Assembly: GCA_937928795.1 (NCBI GenBank)
Contig: CALFWB010000073.1
Span: 1,521-65,520 of the forward strand
DNA length: 64,000 nucleotides
Source of the DNA: an uncultured Anaerolineales bacterium
GTDB lineage: Bacteria; Chloroflexota; Anaerolineae; Anaerolineales; UBA4823
Direction: 5' to 3'
The notes under the pieces are model-generated. The model was not told where the DNA came from. It did no database searches and saw nothing but the letters and a program-made list of their open reading frames with translations. A program made the translations under genes and the position numbers. Position 1 is the first letter of the stretch. The number at the start of each line of letters is the position of its first letter. Of this stretch, positions 41,873 through 50,357 are shown piece after piece.

Positions 41873-43801
41873 CTAGGATTTGGATGCTTCCTCAAGCTCC
41901 GCAGCAGGGATTACGATCGTAAAGGTTGTCCCTTGGCCAGGCGTCGACTCGACCCAAATCCGTCCTTGATGATCTTCCACAATGGTCTTGACGATGGTGA
42001 GCCCCAATCCTGTGCCACCCACATCCTCTGGAAGATTGCTGGCGCGATAGAATTTATCGAAGATATACGGTTGTTCGGCGGGGGGAATGCCCACGCCCGT
42101 ATCCCAAACCTGTAAGATCAACTGCCCATCTTCCTGCCAAGCGCGGACACCGATTCGTCCTCCCTTTGGGGTGTACTTAATCGCATTGCTAACTAAGTTG
42201 GCAATCATTTGTTGAATGCGCACCGCATTGCCCCAAATGCGAGGGGTAGTCGGGGAAATCTCTACTTCGAGTTTTTGGTCTTTTTCGCTTAGCGAATTAT
42301 TAAAATTTTCAAGACTCTGCCGGATCAGCGGGCGTAAATCAATCAATTCTTTGCGTGCGTCCAGCCCGGCTTCGATGCGCCCCAAATCTAAAAGATCGCT
42401 AATGAGGGCAGTGATCCCTTGTACACTGGCTTGGACGCGTCTAACGAATTCTTGCTGACGCTCATTAAGCGGCCCAACCCGCCCGATCAATTCCGTGTAT
42501 CCCAAAATGGCCGTCAATGGCGAGCGCAGATCATGGGAAACAGCGCTGACAAATTCTGACTTAACCCGATCCAGCTCCTTAAGGTGAGTAATATCATGCA
42601 TCGTCACGGCTAGGCCGACCTCTGCAATCGGCGTCAATTGACAATTCCAAATTCGTCCGTCTTCTAAGCGAATTTCACCTCCTTTTAGCCACTGCGCTGG
42701 AGGTTGTTTGAGCATAAAAAGCAGATCTTGGTTTGAGACCACCTGATCGATGGGTTTACCCACGCAGCTCTGTCCCTGAAGCTCAAAGGCTTGCAAACAA
42801 GCTTGATTAATCAGGAGAATGTTCAGATCTTTGTCTAACACCAACACGCCATCGCGCACATGGGTCAGAATTGTCTGCAGTTTTTGGCGTTCGTGCTCGG
42901 TGGTGGTGTAATAATGGGCGTTTTGAATAGCAATGGCAGCATAATCCGCCAACGCTTCAAGCAGGCGCTGATGATATTCTGAAAAGATTTGCTCACGCTG
43001 CCGGTTGTAAACCCCTAGGACGCCGATGGATTGCTCTCCTAGGATCAGAGGGACGTAAGTCAAGGATCGCACCAAGAACGCAGTTTGAATTTTGGTCAGT
43101 TCCTTGCTGCTTAGGATGACAGCCTTTTGAGAGCGGACAACTTCGCCTAGTAAGGTGTCGTAAATCGGCACCCGCAGGATGTTGGTTTTTTGCTCGCCCT
43201 TTGTGTGAGCAGCCCGCAAAATCAAGTTCCCGCTCTCTTCGTCCAAGAGCATCAGATTGCCTTCTTCGGCGTCAGTCAACTCGACTGCGGCTGTCACAAC
43301 CTCGCTAAGGACTTGATCGAGGTTCAAAGAAGCCGAGATTTTTCCTCCAATGCGATGCAAACGTTCGAGGTCTTCCACGCGTTTCTCGAGAGATTGGGTG
43401 TGGCGCTTTTGCTCGTGTTGCAGCCATTTCTGCCAATCCTCTTGATGTTGCACAGCACGGTTAATGGTTAAGAGGGCTTGTACTTGGTCATCTTGCTCGG
43501 TCAGCACAGCTTGAAATCCCTTTTGAACTTGTTGAAGGATTTCCTCACTGTTAATTTGGGAGGTGTAATAAATGAGCGGTAAGGTGGGAAAATCCTTGAG
43601 AATCGAATGGACTGTCTTGGAAGAAAGGGATGCATCGACAATCAAGGCATGGGGTAACTGGTTCTGCAAACGGCGGATGAGTTCGGCTTCTTCGTTCAGC
43701 CGCTCTACTTGGTAGCCGGCAGGGTGTAGGACTTGTGCCGTCAAGCGATTGGCTGCGGCATCGTTCTCGACAAACAAGAGAATGGATTTCGATCGAACCA
43801 T
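41873..43801 (-). CDS. hybrid signalling protein REC-GAF-PAS-HisKA-HATPase
   Basis: N-terminal receiver (LLFVENDAA...ALIVDASL), SHDLRSPLTAI H-box, NLVSNAIKYT, DTGVGIPP, GTGLGLTIV. Confidence 0.85.
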   Translation of the reverse strand: MVRSKSILLFVENDAAANRLTAQVLHPAGYQVERLNEEAELIRRLQNQLPHALIVDASLSSKTVHSILKDFPTLPLIYYTSQINSEEILQQVQKGFQAVLTEQDDQVQALLTINRAVQHQEDWQKWLQHEQKRHTQSLEKRVEDLERLHRIGGKISASLNLDQVLSEVVTAAVELTDAEEGNLMLLDEESGNLILRAAHTKGEQKTNILRVPIYDTLLGEVVRSQKAVILSSKELTKIQTAFLVRSLTYVPLILGEQSIGVLGVYNRQREQIFSEYHQRLLEALADYAAIAIQNAHYYTTTEHERQKLQTILTHVRDGVLVLDKDLNILLINQACLQAFELQGQSCVGKPIDQVVSNQDLLFMLKQPPAQWLKGGEIRLEDGRIWNCQLTPIAEVGLAVTMHDITHLKELDRVKSEFVSAVSHDLRSPLTAILGYTELIGRVGPLNERQQEFVRRVQASVQGITALISDLLDLGRIEAGLDARKELIDLRPLIRQSLENFNNSLSEKDQKLEVEISPTTPRIWGNAVRIQQMIANLVSNAIKYTPKGGRIGVRAWQEDGQLILQVWDTGVGIPPAEQPYIFDKFYRASNLPEDVGGTGLGLTIVKTIVEDHQGRIWVESTPGQGTTFTIVIPAAELEEASKS

Positions 43802-43847
43802 GAGTTTTTCACCAATGCAAGCGATGTTTCAGTAATGAGGGAAAGGT

Positions 43848-44990
43848 CTAAGGAGGTTCAAGGCTTCGGTGAACCTCTTGAATTTGCAGCAGATAAGTGC
43901 GAATATCCAGCAGCCCTTGTCTTTGACGAGTGGTCAGTAGCGGCCCTTCTTCGGCAAGAAGGTCGCTCAGAGCCGTTTGGGCGAGCTTAAGTTTCTCTTC
44001 GATCGAGAGCAATTGCGACTTAAGCTTTTGGGCTTGTTGGCTTTGGTAGGATTGAAGAAAGCGCTTCTCAACGGTGTGGATCAGTTGCAGATTTACCAAA
44101 GCAATCGCCGTGTAGTCAACAATTGCTTCAGCGAGAGATTGAGAATGGGTATCAAACGGCTGAGCTTGTTTCCGTAACAGGATGAACATCCCCAGTATTT
44201 CATTTTTGACTTTGAGGGGCAGGATCAAAGCTGCTTGTCCGTACTTCGATAAGACGAACGGCTTTAGGGGCTCGCCGTGAATGGAGAGTGGTTCGCCCGA
44301 TTCGGCGACTAGGGTGGAAATGCCATCATCCCAGGCTTTGTTCAGCATGGGTTTAATATCCTCCGGAAAGTGGAGAGCAGCACGCAAAAAATAGGTTTGC
44401 CCCCTCTCAGCGCGCAAGATGACCATCCCCCGCTGAGCATTGCTGAGAAGGACGCAATTCTCCAGTGCTGTTTGGATCAACTGCTTTGGATCGGTTAAGG
44501 AGGTGATTGCTTTGCCGGCGTTGATCAGCGTGGTCAGGTCGTTAATCTGTTTCTCCAGCGCTTGATTGAGGTGCGAAAGTTGATTGATCAGCGCTTGACG
44601 TTCCTGACGGACGCGCACCTGTTTCAGGACGCGTTCTACCGCAGCCACAATTTCCGTCTCTTGGGCAGGCCAACTCAGGAAATCGGCTGCACCGAGGCGG
44701 AAGGCTTGGAGGATATCGCCTTCTTTGGTCTCTGCAGCCAGAACAATAAAGGGGATTTCATATCCTTGCGATTGCACGGCAACCAATAGGTCTTTGCCCG
44801 AAAGACCGGGCAAATTCAGGTCAGCGATCACTAAATCGGGTTGAAGGCGGCCGATCTCTTGCAGCGCTGCAGAGGCATGGAGGACGATATCAACTTGATA
44901 ACCCAGAGGGCGGAGGGCTTGTCGCGCAATGCGATCGCTGATCGCAGCGTTATTCTCTACCAAAAGAATATGCTCTCGGCGCGATTTCAT
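43848..44990 (-). CDS. response regulator with a GAF output domain (REC-coiled coil-GAF)
   Basis: ILLVENNAA...DLVIADLNLPGLSGKDLL receiver. No HTH or enzymatic output recognised. Confidence 0.8.
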   Translation of the reverse strand: MKSRREHILLVENNAAISDRIARQALRPLGYQVDIVLHASAALQEIGRLQPDLVIADLNLPGLSGKDLLVAVQSQGYEIPFIVLAAETKEGDILQAFRLGAADFLSWPAQETEIVAAVERVLKQVRVRQERQALINQLSHLNQALEKQINDLTTLINAGKAITSLTDPKQLIQTALENCVLLSNAQRGMVILRAERGQTYFLRAALHFPEDIKPMLNKAWDDGISTLVAESGEPLSIHGEPLKPFVLSKYGQAALILPLKVKNEILGMFILLRKQAQPFDTHSQSLAEAIVDYTAIALVNLQLIHTVEKRFLQSYQSQQAQKLKSQLLSIEEKLKLAQTALSDLLAEEGPLLTTRQRQGLLDIRTYLLQIQEVHRSLEPP

Positions 44991-45105
44991 ACTATAATCA
45001 TAGCATGGAAATATTCAAAAACGGGAACGAAGTTCAGCAAAAGGGGGAGTTTGCTTGGCAGCAGCCCTTCGCTCCCGCAAAACCCATAACGGAGAGGAGG
45101 ATGGT

Positions 45106-46206
45106 ATGTTAACCGACCGCGATTTGCGCGAGCTTCTCGATTTTCAAGCTCCAAATGCCGTAGTCAGTTTATATCTCAACACGGATCCATCCGCAGGCAA
45201 CAAAGAAACCCATCGACGGCATCTGCGCGCTCTTCTGCGTCAAGTTGACTCGGCGGCCGATGCGGAAGTTATTGAGCGTTATTTTGAGCATCAATTCGAT
45301 TGGACAGGGCGCAGCGTTGCCGTATTTTCTTGCGCGGCGCAAGATTGGTTACGCTCTTTTCCTCTATCAATCCCCTTACGCAGTCGGGTACGGGTCAGTG
45401 ATCGCCCGCATGTCAAACCCTTAGCCGATTTATTGGATTCCTACGGAGGTTATGGTGTGGCGCTGGTAGATAAACAAGGCGCACGCTTCTTTTACTTTCA
45501 TCTTGGAGAATTGATCGAACAGGAAGGCGTTTTGGGTGAAGCGGTTCGCCACACCAAGCGCGGCGGCGGCTCCCAAGCGGCTGGTCGGCGCGGTGGCATT
45601 GCCGGGCAAACCAATTACACGGAAGAAGTCGCTGAACGCAATTTGCGCGAAGCGGCTGAATTTGCGGCGCGCTTTTTCTCGGAAAACAACGTGCGCCGAG
45701 TTTTGCTCGGCGGTACCGAGGAAAACGTCAACTTGTTCCGCAGTCTGTTGCCAAAAGCTTGGCAAAGTCTGGTGGTCGGCACTTTTCCCATGAGTATGGC
45801 TGCCAGCCATACCGAAGTTTTAGAGCGCGCTATGCAGATTGGCGAAGAAGCCGAGCGGCGCCAAGAAGCCCATTGGGTTGAATCGCTGATTACTGCGGCG
45901 GCAAAAGGTAAAAACGCCGTGTTGGGGCTAGAGGACACCCTCAAAGCCTTGAATGACGGTCGTATTCAAACCCTCTTCATCCTCGAAGGAGACCGCCAAC
46001 CGGGTTTCCAATGCACACAGTGCGGCCATTTGACTTCAGTGGAAGTGCTCACTTGTCCTTACTGCGGTGGCGAGGTTAAGAGCATTCCCGATGCAGTCGA
46101 ACTGGCTGTTCGTCAGGTGATGCAAAATGGTGGAGAAGTGGAAGTGCTCCGTCAGAATGAGGCGCTAGCCGCAAAAGGGAGAATTGGCGCTTTGCTGAGA
46201 TATTGA
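45106..46206 (+). CDS. bacterial archaeo-eukaryotic release-factor-like protein (Vms1/VLRF1- or baeRF-type) with a C-terminal zinc ribbon
   Basis: Loop VRHTKRGGGSQAAGRRGG (GGQ-like GSQ), eRF1-like three-part length and C-terminal CTQCGH...CPYCGG. ATG at 45106 after GGAGAGGAGG. Confidence 0.65.
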   Translation: MLTDRDLRELLDFQAPNAVVSLYLNTDPSAGNKETHRRHLRALLRQVDSAADAEVIERYFEHQFDWTGRSVAVFSCAAQDWLRSFPLSIPLRSRVRVSDRPHVKPLADLLDSYGGYGVALVDKQGARFFYFHLGELIEQEGVLGEAVRHTKRGGGSQAAGRRGGIAGQTNYTEEVAERNLREAAEFAARFFSENNVRRVLLGGTEENVNLFRSLLPKAWQSLVVGTFPMSMAASHTEVLERAMQIGEEAERRQEAHWVESLITAAAKGKNAVLGLEDTLKALNDGRIQTLFILEGDRQPGFQCTQCGHLTSVEVLTCPYCGGEVKSIPDAVELAVRQVMQNGGEVEVLRQNEALAAKGRIGALLRY

Positions 46207-46221
46207 TACTGTATCTCAGTT

Positions 46222-46260
46222 ATGAAACACAGCCGCCAAACTTTGGCGGCTGTGTTTCAT
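46222..46260. terminator. perfect 17-bp hairpin between convergent genes (possible bidirectional terminator)
   Basis: ATGAAACACAGCCGCCA-AACTT-TGGCGGCTGTGTTTCAT. There is no clear U tract on either side. Confidence 0.55.
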
Positions 46261-46268
46261 AAGCAGAG

Positions 46269-46736
46269 TTAATGGGTCTGTTCACCCAGATAGACCTGGA
46301 TGCCCATCTGGTCGATCTGGTCAAGTTGGGCTTCAAGCCAGTCGAGGTGAGTCTCTTCGTCTTCGAGGATATCCTCCAGCAATTCGCGCGTGCCGTTATC
46401 GTGTAATTCCGTGGCTAGGCGGATGGCATCGTTGTACATTTTGACGGCCTCGGTCTCGGCGCCTTTGTCACTTTTTAGTTGCTCTTCCACAGTTGCCCCG
46501 ATGTGGATCTTGGCAAGTTGGTTGACAATCGGCCGGCCTTCCAAGAAGATAATGCGCGCAATCAGTTTCTCGGCATGGCGCATCTCGTCCATGGCGCGTT
46601 TCTCGTTGGCTTCGTGGAGCTTCTCATACCCCCAATCGGCGCACATTTCCGAATGCACCATATATTGGTTAATCGCTGCCAGTTCTTCGGACAGCAAGGC
46701 ATTTAGGGTTTCAATGACTTTTTCGTTTCCTTTCAT
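46269..46736 (-). CDS. bfr: bacterioferritin
   Basis: MKGNEKVIETLNALLSEELAAINQYMVH and DEMRHAEKLIARIIFLEG closely parallel E. coli Bfr, including the heme-ligand Met context. Confidence 0.9.
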   Translation of the reverse strand: MKGNEKVIETLNALLSEELAAINQYMVHSEMCADWGYEKLHEANEKRAMDEMRHAEKLIARIIFLEGRPIVNQLAKIHIGATVEEQLKSDKGAETEAVKMYNDAIRLATELHDNGTRELLEDILEDEETHLDWLEAQLDQIDQMGIQVYLGEQTH

Positions 46737-47008
46737 TATCATCCTCCATAAAAAATCCTAGGCCGCTCGCCATGCAGAAAGCAGGATCGCCTTGAATTTG
46801 TGAACGGTCTTTGCTTACTTAATAATACCCGATTTTCTTTGAAGTGAAGGGTGATTAAGTGATTAAGGCGACCCTTGGGCAGGCGGAAGTGGTTAGCGAA
46901 TTGACGGTGGAGCATCTTTCCACATCATCGGGCAAAAGCAAGCCAATTTGGAGCGCTGAAGCCATGCTTAAGCGGCGCGCAAGTAAGGCTTTCACCATCC
47001 GATCTCGC

Positions 47009-47042
47009 CCAAAAAAAAGCGGGCAACCTTTTGGCTGCCCGC
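47009..47042 (-). terminator. intrinsic terminator downstream of hsp20
   Basis: On the minus strand: AGCGGGCAGCC-AAAA-GGTTGCCCGCT followed by T8. Confidence 0.8.
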
Positions 47043-47064
47043 TGCTGGTGAAAGCAGTACCGCT

Positions 47065-47553
47065 TTAGTTCTTGCTCTTAATGTCGGAAACCTTGCCTTC
47101 GATCATCTTGGTCGCTTCGCTTTTGACGGCGATGCGCTTTGGCTTGGCTTCCTCGGCTTTGGGCAGGTGCAGCTTCAAAATACCGGCTTCGTAAGTAGCT
47201 TCGATGTTGTCCGCCTTGACCGTGCTGGGCAGGGTAATGCTGCGGCAGAAGCTGCCATAGCGTCGCTCGCGCAGGTGATAGCGGCCCTTCTTGCTTTCTT
47301 CCTCGGACTTGATTTCGCCCTTGATGGTTAGGGTATTGCCGCTGTAGGTGATCTCCAAGTCATCCGGGTTCATGCCGGGCAAGGAGGCTTCAACCACATA
47401 TTCATCATCGTTTTCCACCACATCCAAAGGCAGCTCCCAATCGAAGCTGGTGTCCAAATCCCAGCCGGCAAAAGCGGAGTCAAAGAGACGATCCATCATG
47501 CTGCGGATGTTCATCAGTTCACGGAATGGGTCTCGGCGCATAATTTGGAACAT
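47065..47553 (-). CDS. Hsp20/alpha-crystallin family small heat-shock protein
   Basis: Alpha-crystallin domain (DVVENDDEYVVEASLPGMNPDDLEITYSGNTLTIKGE ... ATYEAGILKLHLPK). I chose the ATG at 47553 for its 8-nt spacing from AAGGAGG. The ORF track starts at the GTG at 47562. Confidence 0.9.
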   Translation of the reverse strand: MFQIMRRDPFRELMNIRSMMDRLFDSAFAGWDLDTSFDWELPLDVVENDDEYVVEASLPGMNPDDLEITYSGNTLTIKGEIKSEEESKKGRYHLRERRYGSFCRSITLPSTVKADNIEATYEAGILKLHLPKAEEAKPKRIAVKSEATKMIEGKVSDIKSKN

Positions 47554-47658
47554 AGCCATCACCTCCTTTGAACAAAATTTTTCTTTTCATCTGCCCGTTA
47601 ATTTATGGCGGGAATGTTAGAAGAAAATTGGAGGGATGTTAGTAAAGCGTAAAAAATT

Positions 47659-48522
47659 TCAGTCGATTCCCTCAAACAGATCGGACTCTAGTCGATCGGC
47701 CTGCGAGGGTGGATAAGCCCGCAAATATGCATCGGAGCTGGCAAACAGGCGGTTGATCCAGCGAGCGACGGGGTTCGACATCAGGGCGCCATCCAGTTGG
47801 CTTTCGTGACAGCGGGAAGCAAGCTGTTTCCTTTCGAAGACAGACCCATAGCGAATGCGGGCATGGATGGGAAAATCGCCTTCTTCGACAAGGGCAACCA
47901 GGTCGATATCGCCGTTTTTTCCGAAGCGGCGCGGGTCCTTGCCAAACAGACGTAAGACGCGGATGGCGGTCTTCAGGAAGCCTTTGGGGATCAAATGAAA
48001 ATAGAGTTTGGCAGGCTGATAGGGGAGCAGGCCATCTACAAAGCGTTCATCGGCGGCCAAATAGAAAGCTTCTACGGTGGCACGGTGAATGGCAATGTGA
48101 TCAGGGTGCTTGTAGCCGCCAATAGGATCAAAAGTGATGATCACCTGCGGTTGGATTTGACGGATGAGATGAGCAATTTTCTCAGCCACCTCGCCTTGCG
48201 GGGCGTTGATCAGCGCCTGAGGATGCTGGTTGTCGGGCGAGCCGGGCATCCCTGAATCGCGGTAATCTAGAAAGTAAAGTTCTTGGATACCCAAGATGCC
48301 GACGGCGCAGCGCAGTTCACTCTCGCGCCGTGCGGCAACCGAGTCGAAGCCCTCTAAACAGTCTTCGTCCATCCCACCGGCTTCGCCGCGCGTAGCACAG
48401 ATGAGGTATGTTTGTACGCCGCGTTTGGCATAGTAGGCTAATGTGCCACCAATTCCAAAGGTTTCGTCGTCCGGATGAGCTAAAACGGCTAGCAGTCTTT
48501 TGGGGGTTGCAGGGTGTGTCAT
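47659..48522 (-). CDS. PIG-L/LmbE family N-acetylglucosaminyl deacetylase
   Basis: LAHPDDETFGIGG and HPDH motifs. Confidence 0.85.
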   Translation of the reverse strand: MTHPATPKRLLAVLAHPDDETFGIGGTLAYYAKRGVQTYLICATRGEAGGMDEDCLEGFDSVAARRESELRCAVGILGIQELYFLDYRDSGMPGSPDNQHPQALINAPQGEVAEKIAHLIRQIQPQVIITFDPIGGYKHPDHIAIHRATVEAFYLAADERFVDGLLPYQPAKLYFHLIPKGFLKTAIRVLRLFGKDPRRFGKNGDIDLVALVEEGDFPIHARIRYGSVFERKQLASRCHESQLDGALMSNPVARWINRLFASSDAYLRAYPPSQADRLESDLFEGID

Positions 48523-48635
48523 GTCTGTTTTCTATAACCAAAAGTTCAGAATAGAGCCGAAGAGTGCCATGTCATAAGGAACAGACTGACGTTCTGTCAT
48601 TTCAACCGACTTGATATTTTATCATTTCGAGTGAT

Positions 48636-48850
48636 CTAATACATTGTCACTTCGACCGATGACCGATGACGACCGATCGGTCACTTTTTTGTTTCGACGC
48701 TCCTCCACTGTGTCATTTCGACCGCAGGGAGAAATCTTAGGATTCCTCAGTCGCTGCGCTCCTTCGGAATGACGCGGGAGTGCTGCGCGCTTTCGGAAGG
48801 ACATGGGCGCGCTGCGCTCTTTCAAGAATGTCATCGTCCTGCTCATGCCC
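48636..48850. repeat. cluster of GTCAYTTCGA-family repeats with three degenerate ~29-bp tandem modules
   Basis: A palindromic unit lies at 48712-48773 (GTCATTTCGACCGCAGGGAGAAATCT...CTCCTTCGGAATGAC). CTGCGCKCYTTCRRRAATGAC-like modules lie at 48754-48773, 48783-48802 and 48812-48832. Confidence 0.6.
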
Positions 48851-48900
48851 TGCAAGTTTAGACGAGCCTCGGAAAGATGGGTCTCACCTTACGAAGAGCA

Positions 48901-50055
48901 CTAATAGATCGGCAGGGATGGATCCACCTCGCGCGCCCAGGCGTTGATGCCGCCTTTGAGGTTTTTCACCTTACGAAAGCCGGCGCTTAGGAGTAGTTCT
49001 AAAGCCCGTGCCGAGCGGGTGCCGGCTTTGCAAAACAGGACAATTTCCTCGGCGCTATCCAGCTCGGAGAGCCTCGCAGCCAGTTGACCCAAAGGAATCA
49101 GTTGAGCGCCCGGCAGCCGAGAGATTTCCAGCTCATGCGGTTCGCGCACGTCAATCAAGCGCAAGGGCGTGCCGTTTTTCAGTCTTTCAGCCAAATCGCG
49201 GGCGGTGATGTCCCATTCTTTGCCGGCTGAACCCTCTTCGTGGTCATGCCCCGGTACGCCGCAGAAGGCTTCGTAATCGATCAATTCGGTGATTTCGGGT
49301 TCGGGCGAACAGACCTTACACTTGGGGTTCTTCTTGAGGTTGACGAAGTCAAAGGACATGTCTAAGGCGTTATACAGGAGGAGCCGCCCAATTAAGGGTT
49401 CGCCAATACCGAGCACCAATTTCAAGGCTTCGGTAGCTTGAATGGTGCCAATCGTGCCGGGCAGAACACCCAGTACACCGCCTTCCGCGCAAGAAGGCAC
49501 TAGTCCGGGTGGTGGCGGTTCAGGGAACAGGCAGCGATAACAAGGCCCACGACGAGCATCGAAGACACTGGCTTGCCCTTCAAACCGAAAGATCGAGCCG
49601 TAAACGTTGGGCTTGCCCAACAGCACGCACACATCATTGCTCAGATAGCGGGTTGGGAAGTTATCTGTGCCATCAACGATCACGTCATAATCGGAGGCGA
49701 TGCGCATTGCGTTGGCAGAGGTAAACGGTTCATTATAGACTTCAACTTCAATGCCCGGGTTGAGATCGAGCATACGCCGTCGCGCCGATTCGACCTTGAG
49801 CTCACCAACCGAAGCTGTGCCATGGATCACTTGGCGCTGTAAGTTGGAAGAGTCGACCACATCGTAATCAACCAAACCAATATGCCCAACGCCAGCCGCA
49901 GCCAGATAAAGCGCAACCGGAGAACCCAACCCGCCGGTGCCGATTACTAAAATCGAAGCTGCCTTGAGCTTTCGCTGTCCCTCTAAACCCACTTCAGGGA
50001 TGAGCAAGTGGCGCGAATAGCGCAAAATTTCTTCATGGGACAAAATCGGCAACAT
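48901..50055 (-). CDS. moeZ: MoeB/ThiF-type adenylyltransferase with a C-terminal rhodanese domain (MoeZ-like sulfur-carrier activating enzyme)
   Basis: GTGGLGSPVALYLAAAGVG nucleotide loop, CYRC and CKVC zinc pairs, rhodanese loop FCKAGTRS. ATG at 50055, with GGAGG supplied by the cysO GG codons. Confidence 0.85.
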   Translation of the reverse strand: MLPILSHEEILRYSRHLLIPEVGLEGQRKLKAASILVIGTGGLGSPVALYLAAAGVGHIGLVDYDVVDSSNLQRQVIHGTASVGELKVESARRRMLDLNPGIEVEVYNEPFTSANAMRIASDYDVIVDGTDNFPTRYLSNDVCVLLGKPNVYGSIFRFEGQASVFDARRGPCYRCLFPEPPPPGLVPSCAEGGVLGVLPGTIGTIQATEALKLVLGIGEPLIGRLLLYNALDMSFDFVNLKKNPKCKVCSPEPEITELIDYEAFCGVPGHDHEEGSAGKEWDITARDLAERLKNGTPLRLIDVREPHELEISRLPGAQLIPLGQLAARLSELDSAEEIVLFCKAGTRSARALELLLSAGFRKVKNLKGGINAWAREVDPSLPIY

Positions 50056-50335
50056 TTGGATATTCACCTCCAGCAATACTAGGAATCAGCAAAATCCGAT
50101 CTCCATCTTGAACAGGGGTCGAGATGCCCTGTAGATCGTTGATGTTCTCTTCGCCAATAAAAAGATTGACGAAGGGACGTAGCCCGCCATCCTCGTTGAA
50201 AATGTGGGTGCGCAGGGCCGGGTATTGTTGCACTAAATTGTCGAGCACTTGCCCAACCGTCTCACCGGAGATGGAGAGATCGCTTTGCCCATTGGTATAG
50301 GGTCGCAGCGGTGTAGGAATGCGAATCGTTGCCAT
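50033..50335 (-). CDS. cysO: ThiS/MoaD-fold sulfur carrier protein CysO-like, with a 10-residue extension after the GG motif
   Basis: MATIRIPTPLRPYTNGQ...GDRILLIPSIAGG closely parallels M. tuberculosis CysO as I recall it, then continues EYPNVADFVP before the stop. It overlaps the moeZ start by 23 nt. Confidence 0.8.
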   Translation of the reverse strand: MATIRIPTPLRPYTNGQSDLSISGETVGQVLDNLVQQYPALRTHIFNEDGGLRPFVNLFIGEENINDLQGISTPVQDGDRILLIPSIAGGEYPNVADFVP

Positions 50336-50357
50336 ACCGTTCACCTCAGCCCCTATT

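Noticed and set aside
46743-46860. A Fur box upstream of bacterioferritin, and CIRCE/HAIR heat-shock operators upstream of hsp20 (47563-47658).
   Set aside because: Only weak AT-rich resemblance (TTAATAATACCCGATTTT) is present. There is no 19-bp Fur dyad, no TTAGCACTC-N9-GAGTGCTAA and no CTTGAGT-N7-ACTCAAG.
46859-47068. 69-aa plus-strand ORF in the bfr-hsp20 intergenic region.
   Set aside because: It has no SD, its basic low-complexity end overlaps the hsp20 terminator hairpin, and it has no recognisable motif.
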